NCBI GenBank assembly: GCA_951406725.2
Contig: OX597827.1
Coordinates: 43,710,001-43,774,000 of the forward strand
Origin: Octopus vulgaris
Taxonomy: Eukaryota
Direction: 5' to 3'
DNA: 64,000 nucleotides
Shown here: positions 62,115-64,000 of the stretch, one piece after another
Position numbering within the stretch: the first letter of the stretch is position 1
Layout of the letters: each line of letters opens with the position of its first letter
Made by a program: the position numbers and the translations under genes
The notes under the pieces: generated by a model
Databases searched by the model: none
Told to the model about the DNA's origin: nothing
The model's input: the letters and a program-made list of their open reading frames with translations, nothing else

Positions 62115-64000
<1,886 letters not shown>

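Overview
Eukaryotic, AT-rich, microsatellite-saturated non-genic DNA (intergenic or intronic). The SINE families and repeat density suggest an octopus (coleoid cephalopod) genome; this is an inference. No intact host protein-coding gene is supportable, and almost all ORFs in the track are translations of simple repeats. Recognisable content: three tRNA-derived SINE families (two copies with clean 16-17 bp TSDs); a 5'-truncated RLE-type (HERO/R4-like) non-LTR retrotransposon; a 5'-truncated Tx1/L1-type LINE in a (GATA)n array; a Penelope GIY-YIG fragment between inverted pseudo-LTRs; a complete non-autonomous Helitron; a hAT-like MITE; a decayed histone H4 pseudogene; and a degenerate tRNA-like sequence. 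The most striking signal is a set of unrelated, mostly non-coding, fold-back elements inserted in (TA)n tracts that carry type I hammerhead ribozyme folds. One at 12256-13288 has two tandem hammerheads 482 nt apart (retrozyme-like). One at 49281-49800 has a fully canonical hammerhead. Both have unusually long (60-70 nt) stem II hairpins. All structures were paired by eye and have not been computed or assayed.
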